Part shown: in pieces, positions 20,716-33,751 of the stretch
How the letters are laid out: each line of letters starts with the position of its first letter
Numbering within the stretch: position 1 is the first letter of the stretch
Assembly (NCBI GenBank): GCA_044892525.1
Contig: CM097885.1
Span: forward strand, 144,212,001-144,276,000
DNA: 64,000 nucleotides
Direction: 5' to 3'
Source of the DNA: Schmidtea polychroa
Lineage: Eukaryota
Program-made: the position numbers and the translations under genes
Notes under the pieces: model-generated
Database searches by the model: none
Told to the model about the DNA's origin: nothing
Seen by the model: the letters and a program-made list of their open reading frames with translations, nothing else

Positions 20716-23351
20716 CCCTTGTTATTGAGAATTTGAAAAGAGAAGTGAAATTGAAACCGTTTTTATTAAAAGTTAAAACAAAACAGACAAAGAGAAATAG
20801 AAAAGGGAATGTGATGTTAAATCAGTAAGCTAGTGATAATGAAATTAACAAGCAAAAATCGTAAAGTCCTAAGTCAAGGCAGGAAAGCAACCTGATCATT
20901 TCTGTGAGGTGTCAGTCACTAGCAGCAGTTAAGTGGTTGTATAATTTAAGTGTTCCCAAAGTGATATTCCTCCCGAAGGGTTTTAATAAGCACACAAATA
21001 CGTTTGATTCACATTGAGCAATTAGTGTCACTGTAATCGTTATAACCATTTGTGTTATTCAATAAAGTTATATTGTTGTTGAATAAAACACACAAAAAGT
21101 TAAATAGTAGTTATTGATTTGATAGATTACTGACAACCAATTAGCCCCAACACAATAAATATTGGTAATATCGACACTTTGTCATTGTTGTTAATATTTC
21201 AAGACACGCTTGGAGTCAGATCAATAATTCATTATATTTAATTTCACCGACAATCCAAACAAAACCTTTTTTACAGATTTTAATCTATATATTTTTTTGG
21301 TTAAATTTTTTGCAATTTATTTAATATGTAAAAATTTAATTTTTTCTCGATTTATTTTTATCAATTGTTAATTTTTGAACATTTCGGATGATTTTTTTTT
21401 GGTTTTCGGATTTATTTAATTCCCTTGACCGCCTGGGGGTTCTACTCCAACATTTGGGAAAAATTCTGTTTCACCTATTTTAAAAAATATAATATAATAA
21501 CTTTCTCTTTTGATTTTAATAATTAGATTTCTTTTTAAAATATCTCGAAAAAGATTTAAATAGAATAATTAGAAAATCCATTAAATATATTACGAAATTT
21601 TAAAGAAGTGTCCTAATTGAATGGGAGAAATGTAATGCAAATGAAGATGGGTAAAACACATTATTACATGAAACATTGAATTAGTTCATATGCTGTTCCT
21701 AAAGGAAAAGACCATTATTAATATAATTAAAATTTTTCTAAATTGCGAATTTAGACTTATTCAATGTTTTCAATTTAATAATTAGTAAAATTATTATATT
21801 AGCATTTCTCATTCTATTCGAAAATCATGATTAAAATATGCACTAACTTTTTCACAATTAGCTTCTAATTAATTTCATTAATTATTCTCTACTTAAACTT
21901 TTTTTCATTGAGATTTAATTGCATAATATTTCATGTGTGAAATTCCTAGTTAATTATATAGATATTAAACAAATAGATCAATTAATTTAACTAAAATATA
22001 TAATTAAAACTCAATTCTGTTAAATATCGAAAATTTAAACAAAGTTATTCTTTCCCAATATTTTATGACGTATAACTTTACTGAATCATTTGGCCTTTTT
22101 ATTTTTTTATGGATTTTGTAGCATTCCAGACTATAATTTATCAAATTATTACTATCAAAATTTGTTATCAAACTAGAATAAGCACTTTAAATATCGATTG
22201 TAATAAGGCTATAACAATAATATTAATAATAAATAATAATAATAAATAATAATAATATTAGTTATAATAATGGATATTAATATTAGTAATAATTTAATTT
22301 ATCACTATTTACAATAATTATATATCCTATTAAAGCTTAATTAATTAATCAAACTTAATTAAATTAATACAAGTAAATTTAATGTCCATTCGAAATTATA
22401 TCATTTCTCACATTTAGTTTTTGCAACCATGGCTATTAGATAGAAATTTAAATTATTTCTTTATTTTAAAAAGTTTTAATATTTAACATGAGGTAAAATT
22501 TTAAAAATAAATGCTTATATAACCCTTTGAGTGTCAACATGATTTTTAGAGAATTAGCTAAAAGTGCCACACTGCTAGAGTGTGAAAGTAATTAAATAGA
22601 ATTAGTATTTAATTTCCAGTTTTAAATAGATTTAAATAATATAATAAAAATAGATAATAAAATTATAAATTAAAATAATAAATTAATATTTAAGAATGAT
22701 TGAAAATTAAAATATAAAATATTAATTGAATGCTTGTGTACGAATATTCTCCATTCAATTATTAACTCGTGCGTGCGAAAATATCCTCAAAACTAAAAAC
22801 AGAGATTGTTTAAACAAGAAAGATTTTGTGTTGTTTTTAAAAATATAGTTTTGTTTTTAATTTTTGAAATATGAATGTAATTAATTCAAGAAATTAAGCA
22901 TCTAATATAGAGGAAAATAGAAAATTTGCGCACTAACCAGGAGCGAGGAGTGTAGGCTTCCCATTCTTTTTAAGAAGTCACATAAATACACATTTTCAAT
23001 ATAAAAACAATAAACAAAAATTGACAAGTATGAACTAGAGATCGTATTAGTTAGTGTGGGAACAGTAGCACGATCTTTGGCATTCAAAAGGTTAAGTTGG
23101 GTAAATCAGGCATTATTCGATAGATAAAACTCTAAAAATTGAAATAAAAATGTCATACTGGTAATAAGAATTAAAAGTGATATTAAATTTTTATACTTTT
23201 TATGTCAATTAATAACATGATAGTTATTTACTCATGGCAAAGTCAAATCTTCATTCATTGTTAAATAATGGAAATATGAATTAAATTAAGTAAAATACAT
23301 TCTTAATTTCATTTCTTAACTAATTTAATTATTTTTAAAATTAACCCTAAC

Positions 23352-23385
23352 TCGGGTTGCCAAAACCGGAGAGTTGGCAAGCCTA
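23352..23385. mobile_element. Collapsed 34-bp hAT-type MITE
   Basis: TCGGGTTGCCAA-AACCGGAGAG-TTGGCAAGCCTA (degenerate TAGGGTTGCCAA TIRs) flanked by the exact 8-bp duplication ACCCTAAC (23344-23351, 23386-23393). Confidence 0.65.
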
Positions 23386-24703
23386 ACCCTAACTTAATTT
23401 GATTAGTTGGCTGGGGTAGTAATACCGTATTATATTAAATCTCCTTAAAATTATTAAAATAATTTTGTCACCAAATATATTTTTATTACAACTTAAAGAA
23501 CATTAGAAATAGGGATATAAATATTCTAACAAATTAATAAAAATAATTGAGGAAAAAATTATAAAACGAGAGGAACATTTTTATCGATTATGAGAAGTGG
23601 AGCATCGAAAAATAAATGAGAAATTATAGAAAAATTAAAAAAATCAATTAAACAATTAATTATTTAATAAGTAAGGAGATTAGCAATAATTATTTAGTGA
23701 AAATTTATAAAATAGAAAACAGAAAATGCAAGAATGAAATTTATTTACCAGGAACCTTACAGGTTGAAAAAGAAATTAAATCAAATGTCATATTTTAAGG
23801 CTTCTGTGACTGCTAGGGTTCAGTTAGAAACAATGACTCGCATTGCAGACAGAATAGGAAAACACAGAAAATAGATATATTAAGCATATTCCACTTTTGG
23901 CACTAAAATTCAAATTAAATGATAAAAATTAAAATGTATTTCATTACGCATGCATTTCATTTCATTACCTTCCTCAAAATTAGGACATCAAATATGGAAA
24001 GAAATTAATGGGTTTAAGTTAATTTCTTAAAAGAAAACATCACACAATTAAAACAAAATAAATTGATTTTAACGAAAAATTACTCGATAACTTTTGGAAA
24101 ATTCTACAGTGAATACAAAAGCATCTTATTAAACGAAGAAAGAAATTTGTTTGACTGAGTCAGCGTTAGAGAGGAAATCAGAAGAACCTAGTGAAAATTA
24201 CATTTTCTAATATTTTCAGTTATAAAATTATATTCTTCATTCTTCCGCGATAAAGTCTATTATTAATATAATTAATCACTTTGTTCGCTGCTGAATTAAC
24301 AATTTAAATTCGCAAATTTAATGGATTTTTTAATTTAATAAATAAATATTGTTACAGGTTATTTACAATTCAATTGTGAGTAATTATTTTCTATTCTTTG
24401 AATGTTTTCCAAGCAAATTAATTTTTATATTTCCTTTCTCATTATGATAATCTGGATAGATTAATTAGATTTTTTTGTTGTGTTTTTTTTCTAATAAAAT
24501 TTTATTCAACAAATTAACGATAATTGCTATCTAAAATTTGTACAAAAACCTAATGACAAATGAGTATCTAAATTGTTTTTCACCTTTATCGGTTTTTAGT
24601 TCTTAAATTACTTTACAATCTTTTATTTTATTGTTTTATTATAGATATTAATGACATTTTAGCAATAAAAACTCCCTAAAACATTATAACTATCCGTTTA
24701 AAC

Positions 24704-24848
24704 CAGGGGTCTCAAACACGCGGCCCGCAACGAAAAAACATAGATTTGTAATTTAACCAAACTTATTTAACAATTAAAATCATAATTGGCTGTATAAATT
24801 AAAACTTTTCTTTTTAATTATTTTTATTTATACATATGACGTTATACA

Positions 24849-24880
<32 letters not shown>

Positions 24881-25082
24881 TTAATAATAAAAAAATGTTT
24901 TTTAGTTTTGTTGAGTTTTTAATTAAATAAATATTAACGTCAGAGTTTCAGACTCCACATGTTCTGAAAAACAATTATTTATGTTGCGGCCCGCCGGCTC
25001 ATAATACTAGTCTAATGAAGCCCGCCGGCTCTTAATACTAGTCTAATGCGGCCCGCAGGCCAGTTTGAGTTTGAAATCCCTG
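24704..25082. mobile_element. hAT (Charlie/Buster-type) MITE, 379 bp
   Basis: TIRs CAGGGGTCTCAAAC / GTTTGAAATCCCTG, subterminal GCGGCCCG motifs, 8-bp TSD GTTTAAAC on both sides. Confidence 0.9.
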
Positions 25083-27983
25083 GTTTAAACAGATATTCAA
25101 CAAACTAAATCCCCATTAAAAGATCATATTCTCCCACCTTAATATCCAACCGACGAGATCCCTCACCAAATGACCATAATTCTATATTCTACCACTTTAA
25201 ACATCAATATCCAACCGACTTCCTTAATTTTCCTAAAGATTCCTGAAATTCCACCAACAATCATAATAAAACCAGATAGTATCTTTATAAACATACCCAA
25301 ATAACCACTCAAATAAAATATTAAAGTCATTATAACTAATGATAAATTCCTCAAATTTATCATTAAATTCGTTTTAAATTATATAAATCAGTCAAAATTA
25401 TCACAAATCAAGATAAGAACTTTGATAAAAAAATTATTCTAAGATGGTAGGAATCTTCACTGTAGCGTAAAATGGAAACAAGGAAATGGAGATAGAAGAA
25501 AATGACAAAGAAAATTTTCATAAAATTAACAATGAAAATAATATTCTCAGGTGTTGAGAATCTTCATTCAAGTGGGGAACTAGAGAAATAGGGAGAACTT
25601 TGATAAATCAGCAATAAAATCAATACATTCAAAAGGTGAAAATTTCATTGAGATAAATGAAGACAGAATTATTCATTAATGTATTATTGTATTATTGGAG
25701 GTAGAATTAATTAATGAAGAGAGAAAATACACAGATAAGTATATATTCATAGAAATATTATTGATGAGAACAGGTGGATAAGAATGGAGATATATTAAGT
25801 ATAAATATTAATTGCACTTATTTAAAAGTATTTTACAAAAACAATTATCAACTGAATAAAACTATTTAGTACATTTATTGATTTTTAGGAGAAAAATATT
25901 TGTGGGCGAATATAAATGATTTAATACTAATTAGTAGAAAGATAACTATTGAAAATAGTGGAATATAAGCGACTAGGCTCCTTGTGAGATATTTTGATAG
26001 GAATTCAGATGAGGCAAGAGTTTCCTATTAAAGGAGATTTCGACTCAGGCAAATCGCCATTTTGGTCGAAGACAGAACTTAGTTTACTAAAAAAAGTGAA
26101 GAAACTGAAATCAAAACGGAAAAACCCGAAAGAGAAAAAAAATGTCTTCTTTGAGTAGTATCAGATTCGTCAACTTGCATAAGGCAATCCTCCATAGGAT
26201 TATCTGCCCATAAATCAATGACTATTGAAATTGTATTGAAAAATTGGAAAGTTAAATATAAAAGTTATTTGTTTAAATCATTACTTTGATCAAGAGCATG
26301 TGGAGTTAGATTCTTTAATATTTTACCGAACCATATAAAATAACACATCTTCACCCATTTGCATAATCATTATCAGGACGCTTAAGGACATAAACATTTA
26401 TTATCGAATTTCAATAAATACTACAACAAGGATTCAAAATTTAGAAAATTTCTTAACAACATTCATATTTTATTAAAATTTAAATATCATCAAATTAAGA
26501 AATACTAAAAGAAAAAAACAGATATAATAAAATTTCCAATATTATTAATTATTTTTACCGAAAAGTAATTGCGCTCAAAGAAACCGAATATAACGTGAAG
26601 ACAAATTTCATGTGATTCTCAATGGAATAATGAAAAAGATTTGTGTGAATAATTGTGGAATCCAGATAGATATCCAATGTATAATAAAATTGGTAGGTTT
26701 ATTGCATTAAAACTTATTGCAATAAAGATTCATTTTATTAAATATGTAAANNNNNNNNNNNNNNNNNNNNNNNNNNNNNNNNNNNNNNNNNNNNNNNNNN
26801 NNNNNNNNNNNNNNNNNNNNNNNNNNNNNNNNNNNNNNNNNNNNNNNNNNNNNNNNNNNNNNNNNNNNNNNNNNNNNNNNNNNNNNNNNNNNNNNNNNNN
26901 NNNNNNNNNNTAATTTTGATTAATATTGAAATATTTTTTCTTTAAGAAACATTAAATTAAATATAAATCTAAGAATGAATATGAATTAATTTCAAATTTT
27001 CAATGAAAATCATCATGTTTTGTAATTGAAGATTTCGTTTGTTGTATTTTTTCTTCAAAGAAATGGTTGAATTCTAATACCATTTAATGGCACGTCCTAT
27101 CATTTTAATTAGTCTGATTACCTGAAAAAAATTATTTACAATTTTGAATTCAATTTCAAAATTTTTTTTGTCATAATTAATTTATTAAAAAATTTATGAA
27201 ACATTTTTTCATTATGAATTTTTCAAAACAAATTTCCCGTAATCGAAATGAAAATTTAATTTTTTTATAATTCAATTATTCAATTTATAAAAATTAAAAG
27301 TTTTAAAATGATAAAAAAATCAATTTAAAAATTAACTTTTTAGAAATTTTAATTTAATTAAAGTTTTAAAATTTTAAATTATTTAAAAAACCATCGAACA
27401 AATGTACTCTCGGCATTCTGAATCGAATAAAATGCAATTTTCATAAATAAATATAACAAACATAATAGTAATTTATGTAAAACATCCATAGTCCAAATTG
27501 CTTCCTATATTCCTAATATATAAGATATATAAGATCCGCTACCACCAGTGTTTCGAAAATGTGTGATATCAAAGAAATAAAATTCTATTTAAAATTGAGA
27601 AAAATACAAACTGACATTTTTCATATATAAAGTATAAATGCGCTGACATTGTCAAAATGTTAGTCAGTTTTCGTACCTTATCTTGGCAATTTAAATCGCA
27701 TTCATTGCGAAGAATTTGATTCGACTCTAACTGCCAAATGTAAAAGAACTTTAAATTTCAATCTGATAGCAATAGTTCAAATTAATCGTTTAAGTATAGT
27801 TCGTTTGATCATTTTAACCATCTTTGACTACACATTAATCATAGAGATTAATAATAAAATACAATATTAATAACCAAATGTTAAAAAATTTTATGGTGGA
27901 AACAAAAATAAATCGTCTACTTAAGAATTTGTTAAAAAAGTGATCACATAAAATAATGTTAAAAACTAAGAAAATATAATTAA

Positions 27984-28040
<57 letters not shown>
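27984..28040. repeat. (AAT)n microsatellite
   Basis: Direct observation. Confidence 0.95.
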
Positions 28041-28041
<1 letters not shown>

Positions 28042-28965
28042 TAAAGTGATAATTTCTTGGTAGCAGAATTTATTATTTAGAACAATAAAGGAAGAAGATT
28101 GCTAAATTCTTGGAGATTCATAAGGACTATCTTATAGTCGAAAATATTTTCATTAAATACATTATTCGCAGCAAAAGGCTTAAATAGTCACTTTATTGTT
28201 CTAAACAATAATAATAATAATAATAATAATAATAGTTAGGTCAAAAAGACTGAATGATCAATCAGTTTATTTTTACCTAGCGTAATCTAATACAATTAGT
28301 TAGGGATTACGTAAACTTTACTATTTAAATAGTTGTACAATTATGTTATTCAAAATAAAAATCTTGTATGACAATCACACCGAAAATGTTCACATAGTGA
28401 AGACTCGAGGAGATAGAAAAAACTTTCAAAACAGAAAAAACAACGGATATGGCAACTAAAAATTGGTCCACCGAAACATTCAAAACCAAATTTACAATTA
28501 TGGACAAATTTAAAGAAGTTTTGAAATCAGACAAATTGAAAATTAGAGATATGCTATCTTCAAAATCATAGTATATAAATTAGTGGATGAAGTAAATAAC
28601 GTAGGAATGAAGTTAGACGTTTGCACCTAAATTATAAGATACAAGATTCACTAACAAAAAAGTCAATGATGACCCCATAAAAATGTGGGAGTAGCAACTT
28701 TAAAATAATAACCCAACATCTACTTCGAGATGCCTGACAACCCGTACATATCATAAATTTAAATGATCTATAACCGATTTAAAAGTTTTGTAAATAGATT
28801 CCAAATATTAATTAGCAGTTATTTTTTTAGTGAAAAATAAAATAATTTTATTACGATTGAAGAAATAGTAAATTTTAACAAGTAGAAAATATAAACAAAG
28901 TCCTGGGAAATTTATGACATGTCAATATATTGTTTAAATACGATTAACATTACTTTTTTGTACAG

Positions 28966-29226
28966 ATTCTGGATCAATTCAACAAAATTCTGATAACCCA
29001 CTGTCCAAAATTCAGGTAACCGCTAATTACTTTTATTGAAAATCTAAGAAAGTAAAATATTCCCTTCATCATTAAATAATGACAAACTGTATTTTCTCAA
29101 ACAACGTTACAAATATACAAATTTTGATACTAATGAATTTATTATTGGGGAAAATAGGTAAATTTTTTTGTCAAAACTTTTATGCAGACAACCTTTGGAT
29201 TTTGTTAGAAAATTTCCTGCTAATTG
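28966..29226 (+). CDS. Probable exons of an unidentified host gene with very short introns
   Basis: AG/GT-bounded blocks 28966-29015, about 29053-29157 and 29188-29226. The 30-nt intron 29158-29187 joins ...YTNFDTNEFIIGEN to RQPLDFVRKFPAN in frame. Confidence 0.45.
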
Positions 29227-30780
29227 GTAAATGCATTTGTAGGCTTTAGTTTTTTGGATTAATTTGCAAATAGGGAAATCTTTTTACTTATTTATTTAAT
29301 AATGGAAATAAATTTTTATCAAAGAATCAGTTGAAATAGAATTCAGATTCTTTTCTAATACAAAAATAATTTCAATCTCTGAGTATTTCTATTGTTAAAA
29401 TTAAAATTTAGTATTTGACTGCAAATTGAAAAAAAACAATTTCATATGAAAAACTTGAAAATTCTAAAAAAAATTAAAAATTAATGTAAAACGATGATTT
29501 TTTGGTAGCAGCATCTTTAAGATCGAGTAAAAAATTCCAATAAATTGAAGATAATTATTCTAATTGCTAATTTCTATAATTTGAAAATCTGTTAATCTGA
29601 AAATATTTAAACAACTTTATTTTGAGAATTCTGCATTACTAATTCAATTATTTAAAATAAATTATTTATGAATTAGATTTTTAATATTTACTTTATAAAA
29701 TCAATTCACAATAAAATAATTAGTAAAGGATATGAAAATTCTTTGCTGAAATTTTTGAAATTGTATTGTTCAATTTAAAATTGATTTGAAAAATTATGAA
29801 ATGGTGCAAATGGCCGAATTTTTAAACATTCTAAATTTGTTATAATGTATTCTTTGAAAAAGTTGAAGAAAAACAAACAAAATAATTCATATTAATAAAT
29901 ATGAATAAAAATATATATTATGAATATTTCAATTTTTTTAATATTATATACAAATAAAATTATCAAAATAAAAAAAATATTTTATTATTTAATATTCTAA
30001 CTCAAACTAAAAATATGAGAGTATTTAATTAAATTTTTTATTACATCTTTACACTGAAACCAAATGGTACTTTTATTGTCTGATTTTTTTTCATTTAACA
30101 TTTATTCGTGAATTAATTATTTTTTTATTCAAAATTCTCTCTCAATTCTTGGGAACATTCTCAACATTTGTTCCAGTCAAAAGTTATATTGAATATTAAT
30201 TGAATGTTTTATTGTCAAATGTCACGAATTTAGTAATTTTACGAAATAGTGAAAAAAAATATTAATTAAATCATTTTCTGCGACATGCTTGACAAGAAAT
30301 AGACTTCTCGGATAATTGATTGGAAAGAAAAATCTGAAATGAAAAAAAACCGAAGCGATTATTTCCCAAATATGGTTTAACGTCTATTTTAACACTGGCC
30401 CAATCATGTATTCAATTTCATACATGAATGTGATGGAAAAAACAAATCTAATTTTCAATTCAGAGTGAAATTTCTTGGCGAGGACACAACTAACTAGAGG
30501 GAAGGGGTAGATTTCCAACTATATATGCTAATATGTATTCCCAATACATTTCCGATCAATTCCCACTATTTTCATTGATGTCTGCTCCATAATTGCAACT
30601 AAATTCAATTGAAATTTTCAATTTTATATTTATGAAATAGCCCGATTACATTAACATTTAAATTAGTCTGAGATAAATACTTTATTATTTTAATTTCTAT
30701 CCTATTCTTTCTTAAAATTAATTACTGCAAATTTTTCTGTTGTAAAAGGTTTATGAGAACCTTTAATATTATACATCATT

Positions 30781-30846
30781 CAGGTGCTTAATCAATCCAA
30801 TATGTTTACCTATCAAAGCAGGTGCTCCATCAGTTGTTAATCTGAA
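30781..30846 (-). pseudogene. hAT (Buster/SPIN-type) transposase fragment
   Basis: Minus strand reads FRLTTDGAPALIGKHIGLIKHL (TTDGAPAM-type motif). Confidence 0.55.
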
Positions 30847-31885
30847 TAGCTTACTCTATTGTAGTCTTTTAAGATTGTATTCATTAAACACAGATATGGA
30901 TTCATGGCATATTTAGCACGTTGCCTTATTCCCAATATTAATGAATCTCTCACCATGAGTGGGTTCTACTGAGAAAGAACAATGTAATGATTAACATAAT
31001 TTTGCCTGAGAATTTCTTTAATTTTACTATTGTAAAATTGTTTTCCTAAATCAGTTATACAGTTATTTTTGTTAATATTTTAGTGTTCACAATTAGGAAT
31101 TGTGAATACTAAAATATAAAATGCCCCCATCTGGGAAATCCAGACTTTCAAAAAAAAACTATATAGCGATAATTTACTATAGTAAATTATCGCTATAGTA
31201 AATGAAAAAAAAAATCGATAGAAAATTAATCAAATATATTCTCAACTTAAAGATATACTAAGCAAAATAAAACAGTTTCAGAGAAATTGTTATCCTAAAA
31301 AAGATAAAGGACTGAAATATTCCGAAGAAAACAAATTATTCAGATTATAGTTCCAATCATACGAATATACGATCCTGAAGCGGAATTTTTCTACTTACAA
31401 ATATAATCTAAAAGAATAACCTAGAACAACCGAGCTAATCACTAGTGAAATAACTAAGCTAACGAACACCAAACGACCCAGTAATTCAATTGTACAAGTC
31501 ATTACGAACATAAGGAAGAAATTACCCAGTAATTCAATTGTACAAGTCTTTACGAACATAAAGAAGAAATTAAATAGAAAACTGTACAAAGAAAAATTAA
31601 AATATCCAAGAAATCAAAACAACAAAGCAAGGAAAGTTTATAGTTCATCTATCGTATAAACTCAGGTCATTCATTTTTTATTTTAAATAAAGTTTTGGTT
31701 CATTATACATTATTGTTCGTTGTTATTTTTATTTTATTTGTATTTGCAATATCGTTAAATATAGCACGCACCCCGATTGTCCCGCCACAAGTTTTAAAGG
31801 TGACTCTTTCGGGCTCTTCAAATTTCCATTAAATAACAGCCTCATATCACACACAAAATATAATAATCCAAAACATAATATAACA

Positions 31886-32240
31886 GGTTCTATTGAGAAA
31901 GAACAATGTAATGATTAACATAATTTTGCCTGAGAATTTCTTTAATTTTACTATTGTAAAATTGTTTTCCTAAATCAGTTTGTAAATTATCCGGGTGGCC
32001 ATCTGCAAATAAATGTTTGATTGCATTTGCCATTTCTGTAGCTGTCTTAGTTTTAATTGGAAAAGCTCAAGCAAAACGACTAAATACATTAATACATGTT
32101 AAAATATATTTATACCCCTTATTGATTTTTGCATAAAGGATCATTTCCATAAAATCCATTTGCCATAAATCATTAATAATATAAGTTTTATAGGCTCAAG
32201 TGGGAAATCGTTTCAGCTTTGGTTTGTTTAAACTGCATGT
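31886..32240 (-). pseudogene. Polinton/Maverick-type retroviral-like integrase relic
   Basis: LNKPKLKRFPT*AYKTYIINDLWQMDFMEMILYAKINKGYKYILTCINVFSRFA*AFPIKTKTATEMANAIKHLFADGHPDNLQTDLGKQFYNSKIKEILRQNYVNHY. In-frame TGA at 32196-32198 and 32067-32069; truncated before the catalytic Glu. Confidence 0.85.
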
Positions 32241-33751
32241 CAATTGATTACTCAATTCATTTTGGGTTTCATTTTTCGAATTCTAGATGTTTTTATTTAA
32301 CTTTGCGACTCCACCGAAACCTGCTTCGTTTTTTTGACTAATTAAACTCTATTAAAAAAATGAAACCACATCAAATTATCAGCACTCTAGTGCATATAAT
32401 GGTCACGCCTAAAGCCCCACAGTCTTCCGCGCTTCAATTAGGGCTCCTCTCGCTTTCACGAAAGTGCGACGGGGATCTCAATTATTTTATTCTGACAGTA
32501 GACCAGATCTGCCTGCCATGGAATTGTAAGCATCCCCCATCGGTTTGGCAATGATGCTCTGCGTATGTCCTCCTTGAGGTGCTTCAGTTTCACAATCACC
32601 ACCTGAATTTCATCTACGGCCTGTGTTCGAGTCAGTCGGGCCTGATTTAGGGCCGGTTCTCGCTACAATACGACCAGTGGACGCTGTTATTTGGAACTCT
32701 GCGGCCCAACGCTTTATGTTTCTTGATAGTGACTAGTGTCCTCCATCCGAATGGCCTCCAGGCCACGATCTTTGTCCATATCCAGTTCCGCCGGTAGACC
32801 GTCGTTCACTTAGGACTTGTCCGTTCCGATGTCTAAAATAGATGGTCTAATAAATTATATCTTGTTGCCTGAATCATGAAATGTTCTTTACGCGTCATCG
32901 AAATCTTTATGCTCCATAGTACTATGGCTTTGATATATTGTTACTAATAATTGCAACATAATATTGTTATTCCACTTACATCTCGTTATTTGTTGGCCTA
33001 CAGAACGTAGAATAGGTGTTAAAAGTAATATGTTAATAACTTGACCGTACCATCATACTTCTATCTCCCTGTTTGTTTACCCGTAAGATTCAAAATGGTC
33101 TAGAGGTCTATGATAATAGAAAGATAACTTAATAATATTCATTCGAAGTGTAACAGCTATTGATAATAAGAGAGCAATAGTTTGATAATATTAACATTCC
33201 ACATGTCAGGTATTAATAACAACGGGAAAATAAATTAATAATGTTATTGTTCCGGAGATGTCAGATATTAGAAACATTAGAATCATAACTTAATGGTTTT
33301 ATCATTCAAAATGCTAGATATTAATAACGATGAAATAATAACCCAAAAATAGTATCGTTCAAAACATGTTAGATATTCATGATGATAGGATAGGAAATAA
33401 ATGATACTATCCTTCAAAATAATAGTTGCTAAGAATAAGGGAATATTAACTTTGCTGGTTTGGAATAGATTTAGGATACACAAAACACAATTTGAACTTT
33501 CTCAAATTTGTCATAGCCGTGTCCTCAACCTTTTATTATCCCTTTATCGTGTAGCATTGATGGCAAAATCTCCTTCGCAATCGACTCACACATTTTTAAA
33601 CTCAGTTTTTTGATATACGTTGCGGACTAAAAGCACACCTACACAAAACACATTTTAAAAATTGAGTGCTGGTTTCGCGTACCAGTACTTTGGGAAGCAC
33701 TGCGTTCCGTTATTTTTAAACTTTATAATCAAGACAAGTAACTATATATAT

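Noticed and set aside
18465-21160. Solo LTR starting TGTAAT, interrupted by the mini-Polinton
   Set aside because: No matching CA end with TSD, primer-binding site or second LTR could be identified.
23383-23393. CTAACCCTAAC, identical to the vertebrate telomerase RNA template
   Set aside because: Explained by the end of a 34-bp hAT element plus its ACCCTAAC target duplication; the flanks are AT-rich with no telomerase-like structure.
25450-26700. Possible degraded LINE endonuclease/RT
   Set aside because: Purine-rich and protein-like in places, but no unambiguous motif could be reconstructed.
30380-30510. HECT-like motif FRVKFLGED
   Set aside because: Short match followed by an in-frame stop, with no other HECT motifs found.
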